NCBI GenBank assembly: GCA_041483895.1
Contig: JBGPGO010000019.1
Location: 1-59,544 of the forward strand
Direction: 5' to 3'
Length of the DNA: 59,544 nt
Source: Fimbriimonadia bacterium
GTDB lineage: Bacteria; Armatimonadota; Fimbriimonadia; Fimbriimonadales; JABRVX01
Part shown: in pieces, positions 47,873 through 57,036 of the stretch
Position numbering within the stretch: the first letter of the stretch is position 1
Layout: each line of letters begins with the position of its first letter
Made by a program: the position numbers and the translations under genes
Notes under the pieces: model-generated
The model's input: only the letters and a program-made list of their open reading frames with translations
The model's database searches: none
What the model was told of the DNA's origin: nothing

Positions 47873-49006
47873 TCAATCGTAAACGCTTAGCCCCTGTTCT
47901 AGATCCCCCAGCAAATCCTCGACGCCCTCTAGGCCGATGTGCAGGCGGAAGGCCACAGTGCCGGGCGACGGGCCGGCCCCACACACTACCAGGCTTTCGA
48001 ACCCGCCCCAACTGCAACCTCGACGGAAATATTGGAGCCGGTTGGCGACCGCGCGCCCCTTCGCCTCGTCCGGGTCCTTTACCACGAAGCTGAGCAGCCC
48101 GCTGGCGCCGCGCATCTGCTTGCGAAAGAGTGCCGCCTGGGGATGGCTCGGCAGACCCGGATAGTTCACCTGGGAGATGGCCGGATGGTTTTCCAGCCAT
48201 TGCGCGACCCGCAATGCCGTCTGGTAATGCCGCTCCAATCGGATCGGCAGCGTCCGTATCCCACGAATCATGAGCCACGAGGCAAATGGGTCAAGAGTCG
48301 CGCCCAGCAACCCGCCCTCGTTGTCGCCGATTGATTTAATCTTTTCCGCGCTCCCGATGCACATCCCCGCAACGATGTCGCTGTGCCCACCCAGATATTT
48401 GGTGGCGGAATGGACAACCAGATCGACTCCGAACGCAATCGGGTTTTGGAAATAGGGACTGGAATAGCTGTTGTCGGCGATGGTCGTAATCTCCCGCGTC
48501 TTTGCCATCTTGCAGATCGTCTCGAAGTCCTGCAGCTTGAACCACATGCTGGAGGGCGACTCCAAATAAAACACCTTTGTATTCGGACGAGCCGCTTCCT
48601 CAAACTGGCACGGGTCCTCGCCGGATACGTACGTCGTCTCAATGCCAAACCGAACCAGATAGTCCGACAGCAGCGCTTTTGTCGGCCCATAAGAGCCTTC
48701 AGCGGCGACGACGTGATCGCCGGAGCGAAGGCAGGACATGATGGCCGCCGCGATGGCCGCCATGCCGCTCCCGAACGCCCGCGCCGCCTCGCCGCCTTCC
48801 AACGCCGCCACTTTCTTCTCCAAAATGTCGGTCGTCGGGTTGCTGACACGGGTGTAGTTGTAGAACCCGGGCTTGCCCCAATCCTCCATCGTCGGGTGGT
48901 GAAACAGCGAATTCTGGTAGATCGGGGGGACAACCGCTCCGTTGTGCTTCGTAGGGTCCTCCGCATGGTGGCAGCAGAGGGTCTCAAAAGAGGGCCTATC
49001 GCTCAT
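47873..49006 (-). CDS. Cystathionine gamma-synthase/beta-lyase family PLP enzyme
   Basis: VVPPIYQNS, YTRVSNPT, SGMAAI, HSATKYLGGHSD, SWGGFESL. Confidence 0.93.
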   Translation of the reverse strand: MSDRPSFETLCCHHAEDPTKHNGAVVPPIYQNSLFHHPTMEDWGKPGFYNYTRVSNPTTDILEKKVAALEGGEAARAFGSGMAAIAAAIMSCLRSGDHVVAAEGSYGPTKALLSDYLVRFGIETTYVSGEDPCQFEEAARPNTKVFYLESPSSMWFKLQDFETICKMAKTREITTIADNSYSSPYFQNPIAFGVDLVVHSATKYLGGHSDIVAGMCIGSAEKIKSIGDNEGGLLGATLDPFASWLMIRGIRTLPIRLERHYQTALRVAQWLENHPAISQVNYPGLPSHPQAALFRKQMRGASGLLSFVVKDPDEAKGRAVANRLQYFRRGCSWGGFESLVVCGAGPSPGTVAFRLHIGLEGVEDLLGDLEQGLSVYD

Positions 49007-49071
49007 AACCGATATTGTACTTCCGCCGTATACCTATTGAGACTGGTCATAATTGCGGGGAGGAGGGATTG

Positions 49072-50208
49072 ATGCCGCCGAACGATCGAATGCAGTCCGG
49101 GGGTGGGCAGCGAGAGGACGCTCAGTGGTCGGTACACGTCCTTACCGTTGCCGGCATCCCCATTCGGCTGCACATCACCTTTCTGCTTCTGCTGGCGTGG
49201 CTTGGGTACACGGCGATGCGGGGACCGGAAGGGATGTTCGCGGCGCTCTTCATCGGGGGGATTTTTCTCTGCGTATTGCTTCACGAACTTGGGCATGCGA
49301 TTACCTCTGTCCGTCTTGGCGTGGGAACCAAGGACATCGTTTTGTATCCCATCGGCGGCGTCGCCAGCCTCAAAAGGCAGCCAAACCCCAAGCAAGAGCT
49401 GATCATCACCGTTGTCGGCCCACTCATCAACATCTGGCTGGGTGTGTTGTTTTTCCTCATTTGCGAGCTGCAAGCCGGAATCGTCCCGATAGAGCGGTTG
49501 GCTATGTTTAGGGGCAATTGGTATGAAAAGATGATGATCGCCAACTTCATGCTTGCCGGATTCAATCTTATTCCCGCCTTTCCGATGGACGGAGGAAGGA
49601 TCCTCCGGGCTCTGTTGGCCATGAAGCTGGGTCAATACAGGGCCACCCAGATCGCCGCCACGCTCGGACAGGGGATCGCCATGATCATCGGTCTGTATGG
49701 GCTCCTATTTCAACCCATCCTGCTGTTCATCTCTTTGTTCGTGTTCCTTGGGGCCACAGCCGAGTTGCAGATATCCCGCAGCCGGTCGCTGACGGAGGGG
49801 GTTCCCGCGGAAGCTGCCATGATGACTTCCTTCGTTTCCCTAAAGCCAGGAGATTCGCTCCAGCACGCGACGGAAACGCTGCTGGCAGGGGCGCAACCCG
49901 ATTTTCCGGTGATGCAGGGCGAAGAGCTGGTGGGATGGCTGACCCGTGAAGACCTTCTCCGCGGCCTGGGCAGGGATGGGAGGGACGGCTACGTGGCGGG
50001 CGCCATGCGCAGGGAATTCCCCACTGTGGAACCCTCCACCGATCTATCCGAAGTCGTGTCAATTCTCCAGCAGGCAAATCTTTCCAGCCTGCCCGTGCTC
50101 GATGCGCGGAAGGTGGCGGGGATGATTTCGGTGGAGAACATCTCGGAGTACTTCGCGGTCAAAATACAAACAAACAAACTATCGGGAACTGGCGGAACGC
50201 AATCGTAG
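49072..50208 (+). CDS. Site-2 protease (M50) with CBS pair
   Basis: HELGH, GPLIN, FNLIPAFPMDGGR, two CBS domains. Confidence 0.93.
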   Translation: MPPNDRMQSGGGQREDAQWSVHVLTVAGIPIRLHITFLLLLAWLGYTAMRGPEGMFAALFIGGIFLCVLLHELGHAITSVRLGVGTKDIVLYPIGGVASLKRQPNPKQELIITVVGPLINIWLGVLFFLICELQAGIVPIERLAMFRGNWYEKMMIANFMLAGFNLIPAFPMDGGRILRALLAMKLGQYRATQIAATLGQGIAMIIGLYGLLFQPILLFISLFVFLGATAELQISRSRSLTEGVPAEAAMMTSFVSLKPGDSLQHATETLLAGAQPDFPVMQGEELVGWLTREDLLRGLGRDGRDGYVAGAMRREFPTVEPSTDLSEVVSILQQANLSSLPVLDARKVAGMISVENISEYFAVKIQTNKLSGTGGTQS

Positions 50209-50439
50209 TCTTATAGAAATTGAGAGGCCCTTGCTGTGGGGCAAAGGCCTTCTCAGGTCGGTATACAGATTGCGTTATCTTTGCTCTCAGCGGCGGCAAC
50301 ATTATGCGGCCGCTTTCTCTTTGGCGGCGAATGACCGCCATGCCACTATCTTAACCTAACTTTCGGTATTCCGCAAGGACGGTCCCAGTTTGGCCGCCCG
50401 CCATTTGCACTAAGTTCCGTGACACAATGGAGCCTGGGA

Positions 50440-51348
50440 ATGAAGAAACGCTTGATTCAAACAGTTTCCGGCATTGGATTGTGGCTTTTCCGCGGCATAT
50501 TCCGTGCCTTGCCGCATCGCACGGCCGTTATGCTCGGGGATCGGATGGGAGCCCTCACTTTTCGGCTATTTCGGAGAAGACGGGAGATCGCCGACATGAA
50601 CCTGGGCGCTGCCTACCCGAATCTCAACATGGAAGAGCGGTCGGGAATTGCCAAACGCGTGTTTCGCAATTTCGGCAGGACCGGGGCGGAGTTTCTTCGA
50701 GCGCAGCGACTGCCGCCCGAAGCCGTGGATAAGATGATGGAGATCGAGAACCTCTCGATTGTTGACGAAGCCCTCGCCGCTGGCAAAGGCGTGATCGTGA
50801 TCACGGCGCACTTCGGGAATTGGGAGCTTATGGCACGGCATTTGACCGACAAAGGCTACTCGCTATGCGTCGTCGCCCGGGATGCCAATGATAGCCGCAC
50901 GAACAAGATCGTGAACGAGATACGCCGAGAAAACGGGTACGAGGTGCTCTCGCGCGGCAACGCCGCTCGGTTCGTACTAGGCAAGCTGCGCAAGAACGAG
51001 ATCGTTGGAATCCTGCCGGATCAGAATGCCGGCGATATTTTTGTGCCGTTCTTTGGGATGGATTGCGGGTCGGTTTCGGGTCCCGCCATTATGCATATAA
51101 GAACCGGCGCGCCCATAATCCCGGCATTTTGCGTTCGCCTTCCGGACAATCGCCACCGAGTTGAAATCAAACCACCTCTCGACATTCGACTCACGGGTGA
51201 TACCCAAGCCGATACAAGAACTATCATGACGCAGGTCCAATCGGCCATCGAACAGCAGATCCGGTCCTATCCGGATCAATGGCTCTGGTTCCACGATCGT
51301 TGGAAGGCCGCAAGAAAGCGCCAGTCGGAGATGAGCCATGCCGGTTGA
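50440..51348 (+). CDS. Lipid A late acyltransferase (LpxL/HtrB family)
   Basis: TAHFGNWE, ILPDQ, VPFFG, PDQWLWFHDRWK. Confidence 0.9.
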   Translation: MKKRLIQTVSGIGLWLFRGIFRALPHRTAVMLGDRMGALTFRLFRRRREIADMNLGAAYPNLNMEERSGIAKRVFRNFGRTGAEFLRAQRLPPEAVDKMMEIENLSIVDEALAAGKGVIVITAHFGNWELMARHLTDKGYSLCVVARDANDSRTNKIVNEIRRENGYEVLSRGNAARFVLGKLRKNEIVGILPDQNAGDIFVPFFGMDCGSVSGPAIMHIRTGAPIIPAFCVRLPDNRHRVEIKPPLDIRLTGDTQADTRTIMTQVQSAIEQQIRSYPDQWLWFHDRWKAARKRQSEMSHAG

Positions 51349-52363
51349 CATGAACGACATCGAGCGAGTCCTCATCGTCCGGCTGTCGGCCATCGGGGAT
51401 GTCGTGCATACGATGCCATGCGCCGCGGCGCTGAAACGCAGCTTCCCGCACATCCACTTGACCTGGGCGGTCGAGGATCGTTGCGCGCCGATTGTCGAGG
51501 AAAATCCGTATGTGGACGCGGTGTTCAGCATCCCAAGGCATCGCTGGCGAAAGTCCCGGCTGCAACCCCAGACGTGGAGGGAGTTTTTCTCGCACATTCG
51601 CGACCTTCGCGCCTCCCGATTTGAGTTGGCGCTCGACCTCCAAGGACTGATGAAGAGCGCCTTTGTCGCGAAGGCCAGCGGCGCGAAACAGCGTATCGGC
51701 TACCACTGGCAGCGGGAAGGCGCCCGGATGTTCGTAAAGCCGATCCCCGCAAGTCCCGAGAGCAAGCATGTCGTCCAGCAGTATCTGGATGTCGTGCGGA
51801 GCCTTGGCGCGGTCGCGGAGCCGATCGATTTCGGCCTAGCGGTCAACCCGGAGGCAAAAGCAACCGTCCAATGCAAGCTGAAGGAGTTGGGTGTGGACGG
51901 AAGGTATGCGGTCATCAATCCATCCGCGGGCCGGAAAGACAAGCGGTGGCCGCCGGAGCGATTCGCCCAGGTTGTTGACTTCTTGGAGGCGGAGGGACTT
52001 CGCACGGTGCTTGTTGGCCACACATCGGATGCGCCATTGGAAAAAGAGATCGTGGCATCCAGCCGCGCGACCGTTCGGTCGCTCGTCGGCAAGACCGATC
52101 TGAAGGAACTGACGGCTATTCTCTCGCAGGCGACCGTTCATCTGTGCGGCGACACGGGATCGGGCCATATCGCGGTAGCGCTTGGGGTTCCTATTGTCGC
52201 TCTCTATGGCCCCACGAATCCCGAACGTAGCGGACCGTATGGCCAATTGAACGCAGTGATCAGCCGGTGGGGCGATTCCGACGATTCGTTGGCCGGGATA
52301 TCCGTGGAGGATGTTCTTGAGAAGCTGCGACCCTTTGTGGCGGGGGTGCCATCTGGAACCTAA
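51338..52363 (+). CDS. GT9 LPS heptosyltransferase (WaaC-like)
   Basis: IVRLSAIGDVVH, DLQGLMKSA, KRWP, GDTGSGHIAVALG. Confidence 0.92.
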   Translation: MPVDMNDIERVLIVRLSAIGDVVHTMPCAAALKRSFPHIHLTWAVEDRCAPIVEENPYVDAVFSIPRHRWRKSRLQPQTWREFFSHIRDLRASRFELALDLQGLMKSAFVAKASGAKQRIGYHWQREGARMFVKPIPASPESKHVVQQYLDVVRSLGAVAEPIDFGLAVNPEAKATVQCKLKELGVDGRYAVINPSAGRKDKRWPPERFAQVVDFLEAEGLRTVLVGHTSDAPLEKEIVASSRATVRSLVGKTDLKELTAILSQATVHLCGDTGSGHIAVALGVPIVALYGPTNPERSGPYGQLNAVISRWGDSDDSLAGISVEDVLEKLRPFVAGVPSGT

Positions 52364-53357
52364 ACGTATTCTGCTGATAACGAAACCCCGGTACATCGGG
52401 GATTCGGTTCTGGCAACCCCGGCGATGCGATCCCTTGCCGATCGGTATCCGCATGCGGCGATGGACCTGCTGACGGGCGGCGCCGCGGCGGAAGTGATGC
52501 GGGGCCTGCCGTTTTTGGCCCTCATTGAAGTGGTTCAACATGAGAGACGCCGAAATCCGGGGGAGCTGCTTCGAACGGCTGCCGCGCTACGGAGCCGCAA
52601 CTACGATGTGGCGGTCCTGTTCGACCGGTCGATCCGGAGCGCCCTGCTCGCATTTCTCGCCCGCATCCCGGTCCGTGTTGGATTCAGCGTCGAATTCCGG
52701 CGGCCGCTGCTATCTATCCCCGTTCCCTATAGCCGCAGCGAGCCCGAACTGGACAGCCTTCTTCGCCTTTCCACTGCGGCTGGCGCCCAAACGACCACCC
52801 GCACTCCGGAGCTGACGGTGGGAAAACCGGAGATTACGGACGCCATGCGCAAATTCGATCTTCGACCGCCCCTCGTGATCATGGCCCCGGCTGCCAACGA
52901 ACCGCACTTGCGCCAATGGCCCGCGCGGCATTTCGCTGAAACCGCAAACGCACTGGCGAAGGATGGAATGACTATCGTGCTGGTGGGCGCTCAGACAGAA
53001 CAAGATGTGGCCCTTGAAGTGCGGCAAGGATGTCCGGAAGCGGTTAACTTGGCGGGGAAGACATCCATTCGGGAATGTCTGGCACTGATCGCCGCTTCGG
53101 ACCTGTTCGTTTCTGGCGAGATCGGTCTTTCTCATTGCGCGGCCGGTCTTCGAACCCCATGTGTCACCATTCATAATCCGAAGAAGATTGCGCGATGGAG
53201 TCACGAGAACGAGATCAGCGTTGCTCTCTCCCATCCCGCTCCCTGCGAACATCCGACGCCGAACCAGTTGCAAGCCTGCCTTGCCGCAGTAACGCCCCAT
53301 CAGGTGCTCGACGCGGCAAGCCGAGTGCGAAGAAAGAGCCAAGCGATTGTCACGTGA
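52311..53357 (+). CDS. Second GT9 glycosyltransferase (WaaF-like); true start probably near 52335-52353
   Basis: RILLI..RYIGDSVLATPA, RQWP, NLAGKTS, FVSGEIGLSHCAA. Confidence 0.88.
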   Translation: MFLRSCDPLWRGCHLEPKRILLITKPRYIGDSVLATPAMRSLADRYPHAAMDLLTGGAAAEVMRGLPFLALIEVVQHERRRNPGELLRTAAALRSRNYDVAVLFDRSIRSALLAFLARIPVRVGFSVEFRRPLLSIPVPYSRSEPELDSLLRLSTAAGAQTTTRTPELTVGKPEITDAMRKFDLRPPLVIMAPAANEPHLRQWPARHFAETANALAKDGMTIVLVGAQTEQDVALEVRQGCPEAVNLAGKTSIRECLALIAASDLFVSGEIGLSHCAAGLRTPCVTIHNPKKIARWSHENEISVALSHPAPCEHPTPNQLQACLAAVTPHQVLDAASRVRRKSQAIVT

Positions 53358-53871
53358 TCCCGAAAGCAAGATCTGGCCACCCGAAACCGTTGCGGATCGT
53401 TGCGCGGCGTTGCGAACATCCGGATGCAGCATCGTGTTTACGAACGGCTGCTTCGATCTCATCCATGCAGGCCACGTCAAATACCTGGCTGAGGCAAAGC
53501 AGTTAGGAGACGTCCTCCTGGTTGGCGTCAACTCGGACGAATCCGTTCGCACGATAAAGGGTCCGGAACGGCCCTGGATGCCTCTGGATGATCGATTGAC
53601 GGTCCTGGCCGCGTTAGAAGTGGTGGACGCCGTGACTTGGTTCGAAGAGCCGACGCCGGACAATCTCATTCGCACTGTTTTGCCGGATATTCATGTCAAA
53701 GGCGGAGACTACACTGCGGATGAATTGGCGGAGGGTTCGGTCGTGAAAGAGCTTGGAGGAAAGGTGGCTGTCGTGTCACTCGCTGAGGGCAGAAGCACCA
53801 GCAACCTCATTGCGCGCATTCGGGATTGGCTGCTCCGCGAGGGCGGCGATCTCGGCGGTGAGAGTCGCTAG
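53347..53871 (+). CDS. rfaE2: ADP-heptose synthase adenylyltransferase domain
   Basis: VFTNGCFDLIHAGHVKYL, VGVNSDESV..KGPERP, VKGGDY, STS. Confidence 0.93.
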   Translation: MSRDPESKIWPPETVADRCAALRTSGCSIVFTNGCFDLIHAGHVKYLAEAKQLGDVLLVGVNSDESVRTIKGPERPWMPLDDRLTVLAALEVVDAVTWFEEPTPDNLIRTVLPDIHVKGGDYTADELAEGSVVKELGGKVAVVSLAEGRSTSNLIARIRDWLLREGGDLGGESR

Positions 53872-54432
53872 GATCTCCTCTCGCCTATTCCCGGAAATAT
53901 CCATCACGTTTCCAAACTTGACGCGGACAGGCGTCTTTGCCTTACGAGGTCTCAAAGAGCCATAAGGAATGATTTGGCTTGTTCCAATGATGCCGGCACA
54001 AATGCACGGTACCTTCGCCCTACTGAGAATCAACGCGACGCCGGGAAGCAATGACTGCATCACGCCGGATTCCGAGCACTCTCCTTCCGGGAAGATGACG
54101 ACGCATTCTCCCTTTTTGAGCAGCTCTTCCGCACGCCGGATGGCATGCCGGTCGGGTGAGCCACGCTTGACCGGAAACGAACGGAATAGCTTCGCCACTA
54201 CTCCGATCAGTCCCATCGACAGGACCTCCTCTTTCGCCATGAACCAGACCGGACGGGGAACGGCCAGGAACATCACGGGAGGGTCGGCATCCGAAATGTG
54301 GTTGGCGCAGACGAGAAGTCCTCCCGTACGAGGAACGTTCTTTGCCCCTTCGACCCGTAATGGACCGAACAGCCAATAGACGGCGCCCGCGAACAGCTTT
54401 CCAAGCGGATAGAGAACCCAGCGGAAAAACAA
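53776..54432 (-). CDS. plsC: 1-acyl-sn-glycerol-3-phosphate acyltransferase
   Basis: NHISDAD, FMAKEE, PVKRG, IFPEG. Confidence 0.9.
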   Translation of the reverse strand: MFFRWVLYPLGKLFAGAVYWLFGPLRVEGAKNVPRTGGLLVCANHISDADPPVMFLAVPRPVWFMAKEEVLSMGLIGVVAKLFRSFPVKRGSPDRHAIRRAEELLKKGECVVIFPEGECSESGVMQSLLPGVALILSRAKVPCICAGIIGTSQIIPYGSLRPRKAKTPVRVKFGNVMDISGNRREEILATLTAEIAALAEQPIPNARNEVAGASALSE

Positions 54433-54434
54433 GG

Positions 54435-55388
54435 CTACGATTCGGGGGGAAATCGATGGTGTGTCTGGATCCGGCGGATCGTTCCTGACCGGGAGCGCAT
54501 CACCATCGATTCGGACGTTGCGCCATCGCGGGTGAATTTTACGCCCTTCATGAGGGGCCCATCCGTCACTCCGGTCGCGCAGAAAAGTACGTTCCCGGCG
54601 GCGAGATCATTGACGCCAAACACGCGGTCCGGATCGCCGTCCAGCATCTTGCGCGTCCGTTCCCTCTCGTCTTCGTTGCGGAAATGGAATCGGGCCTGCA
54701 TGTCGCCACCCATGCACCGGACCGCGCACGCGCTGATCACTCCTTCTGGGGCTCCACCGATACCCATGAGGGCATCCACACCGGACGATTCGTCGATGGC
54801 CGCAATCGCAATCGAAAGATCTCCATCCGGGACCAGCATGACCCGCGCGCCACACTGACGAATTTCGTCGATAAGCTCTTGGTGCCGCTCGCGCTCAAGT
54901 ATGCCGATCGTGAGCTCGTTGACATCTTTTCCGAGGCACTTGGACAGCACCTTAAGATTGACCTTCGGCGGCAAGGTGATGTCAACGGCGCCCGCGGCGT
55001 CCGGTCCGACAACCAGCTTGTCCATGTAGATGTCGGGAGCATGCATCAGCTTGCCCTGCTCGTTGATGGTCGCCCCAATGACGCTGATCGCGTTCGGCGT
55101 GCCGTTCGCGCATAAATTCGTCCCTTCCAGCGGATCGACGGCGATGGATACGTCCGGCCCGTCTCCGGACCCGACCTTTTCGCCGATGTAGAGCATCGGC
55201 GCTTCGTCGCGCTCACCTTCGCCGATTACGATGGTCCCGTTCATGGGAAGGGAGTCGAAAGCCCGTCTCATTGCGTCGGTGGCCGCTTGATCCGCAGCTT
55301 TGCGGTCCCCCTTGCCGACCCAAAGAGCCGAAGCCAGCGCGCCGGCCTCCGTCACGCGTACCAACTCAAGCGCTAGGTTCCTGTCCAT
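54435..55388 (-). CDS. glpX: Class II fructose-1,6-bisphosphatase
   Basis: MDRNLALELVRVTEA, VIGEGERDEAPML, DPLEGT, GGAPEGV. Confidence 0.96.
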   Translation of the reverse strand: MDRNLALELVRVTEAGALASALWVGKGDRKAADQAATDAMRRAFDSLPMNGTIVIGEGERDEAPMLYIGEKVGSGDGPDVSIAVDPLEGTNLCANGTPNAISVIGATINEQGKLMHAPDIYMDKLVVGPDAAGAVDITLPPKVNLKVLSKCLGKDVNELTIGILERERHQELIDEIRQCGARVMLVPDGDLSIAIAAIDESSGVDALMGIGGAPEGVISACAVRCMGGDMQARFHFRNEDERERTRKMLDGDPDRVFGVNDLAAGNVLFCATGVTDGPLMKGVKFTRDGATSESMVMRSRSGTIRRIQTHHRFPPES

Positions 55389-55416
55389 TTTCACTCCCCC
55401 GGCGTCGTTGCCGCCC

Positions 55417-55650
55417 CTATATTACTCTTCGGCTCGCACGAATTGCCGCGTTTTGGCAGCCTGTGCAAATTGCTTGGCCGTTGGTGTCATAATCGGGGTT
55501 ACATCGGCGGCAACGATCGCCGGTGGACAGATGCGGTCGAAAGCCTTCGCGCGGCTCCTCGAAGCGCTGCCGCGCCGCTTTCGGACAACCCGTTTGCTGT
55601 TGTTGGAAGGTTCGATCCGCGGCCGGTCTTCGCCCCCGAGGACCGGCCAC
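55417..55650 (-). CDS. Small basic protein with C-terminal CxxC-x11-CxxC
   Basis: CRRC...CTGC; TAAGAT 5 nt before the GTG; ends 28 nt before glpX. Confidence 0.5.
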   Translation of the reverse strand: MAGPRGRRPAADRTFQQQQTGCPKAARQRFEEPREGFRPHLSTGDRCRRCNPDYDTNGQAICTGCQNAAIRASRRVI

Positions 55651-55717
55651 TTATGATCTTATCGGTTGGAATCGAGAAAGCCTCCGACGCTGAACGCCGG
55701 AGGCACAGGCGGCTCTC

Positions 55718-56095
55718 TTAGGCCGATACGTTTACAGATTTGCTAGTGGATCCGTCGTTGTCACCGTCAGCGTCCTTCGCTCCGCTCGCGCCACCACTCT
55801 TGTGATGTTGAGCTCTGGCGGTCTTGGCATCGGCTTGCAGAGTGGCGAACGCCTTCTGGGCGGCACTGAGATCTCCCGATTGAAGGGCGCTGCTAAGGGC
55901 GGCAAAGTCGTTCTGCAGCCCCTGAGGAGCTTTCGACGCCGTGCCTGGTTGCTGGATGCCCGCAAACGCCTTTTGAGCGCCTGCCAGGTCTCCCGATTGG
56001 AGGGCTTGATCCAAAGCGCGAAAGCTCTGGGCGCGTTGCTGGAAGTTAAGGTTGTTGGGAACACTGCCCACACCACCGATCGAACTGCTATCCAT
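55718..56095 (-). CDS. Small Gln/Ala-rich protein with a duplicated helical hairpin
   Basis: ALQSGDLAGAQKAFA / ALQSGDLSAAQKAFA; GGAGG RBS; DADGDND near the C-terminus. Confidence 0.8.
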   Translation of the reverse strand: MDSSSIGGVGSVPNNLNFQQRAQSFRALDQALQSGDLAGAQKAFAGIQQPGTASKAPQGLQNDFAALSSALQSGDLSAAQKAFATLQADAKTARAQHHKSGGASGAKDADGDNDGSTSKSVNVSA

Positions 56096-56265
56096 TCGTA
56101 GCCTCCGAAGTGTAACGAGCGATACTTGCGAACGATGGTTTCGACCCGCCATCGTCTCCGGCACTGTACGCTCTGGTCTTAGTCGTCGGTCCCGGTTCGC
56201 GAGTTTGACAGGCACCATCTGGCAGAACCCAAAAATGTACTTGGGGTACGGAGCGTCCCTTAAGA

Positions 56266-56994
56266 TTATTTAAGCTTTTCTTCGAAGAACTGCACGAGTC
56301 GGTCAAGCATCGCGCGGTCCGTTAGCATGTCCGTTCCGTGGTTCGAGCCGGACTGCTCAACCATTTCGGCTCGGTCGCCCATTCCGGCTTTGATGATAGA
56401 AGGTCCGCCTTCCAGGAGCGAATCGTTCTTGGCAAATAATACGAGCGCATCGCCCTTGTATTCTTTGGCGGCGTCAGCGACTTGTAGTCCGAAGTAGTCT
56501 TTGCCGGGCGACAGGAGCGCGATGGCCTTTATCTCGGGGTGCTTGGCCGCGTATCGGAGGGCGTTGTTCGCGCCGTAGCTGGCGCCGGCGATTCCGATGT
56601 GTGTTGCATACCTGTCGCTGACGTACTTGATGGCAGCGTCGATCTCATCCGTTATGTCGCGCTGAGGCTCAATATGCGAACCCTTTCGCTCATTGGATCC
56701 ACCGAAACCGATTCCATCCGGCGCCAATACCGTGATCCCTTGATCGAGAAATGCCTTCAAATGAGGCTGCCATGTGGTCGCGTCCTTATCCCACATGTGC
56801 AATAGGACCACGCCCTTGTCACCCTTAGCCGCAAGAAGGTAGCCGCTAATAGTTGTGCCGTCCTTCGTTTCGAACTTGACGTTGTATACTGCATCGGGCA
56901 AGACGTGGACTTCTCCCGGCGCTCGAATGTCCGCCGGCTTGCCGCAACCGGCCAGACCGAACATCAACGGGAACCACAGTGTCATGGGTTTCAT
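56266..56994 (-). CDS. Alpha/beta hydrolase lipoprotein
   Basis: Lipobox LAGC; VVLLH; nucleophile elbow GASYG; Asp (KND); His (NHGT). Confidence 0.88.
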   Translation of the reverse strand: MKPMTLWFPLMFGLAGCGKPADIRAPGEVHVLPDAVYNVKFETKDGTTISGYLLAAKGDKGVVLLHMWDKDATTWQPHLKAFLDQGITVLAPDGIGFGGSNERKGSHIEPQRDITDEIDAAIKYVSDRYATHIGIAGASYGANNALRYAAKHPEIKAIALLSPGKDYFGLQVADAAKEYKGDALVLFAKNDSLLEGGPSIIKAGMGDRAEMVEQSGSNHGTDMLTDRAMLDRLVQFFEEKLK

Positions 56995-57036
56995 GGACGG
57001 ATTCTATCAGAAATCGCCCCGGTATAATCCAAACAC

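Noticed and set aside
56096..56265. c-di-GMP-I riboswitch or sigma28 promoter upstream of the Gln/Ala-rich gene
   Set aside because: Only scattered sub-motifs (CAAAC, GGGAC, CTAAG) are present; the paired stems and spacing do not fit.
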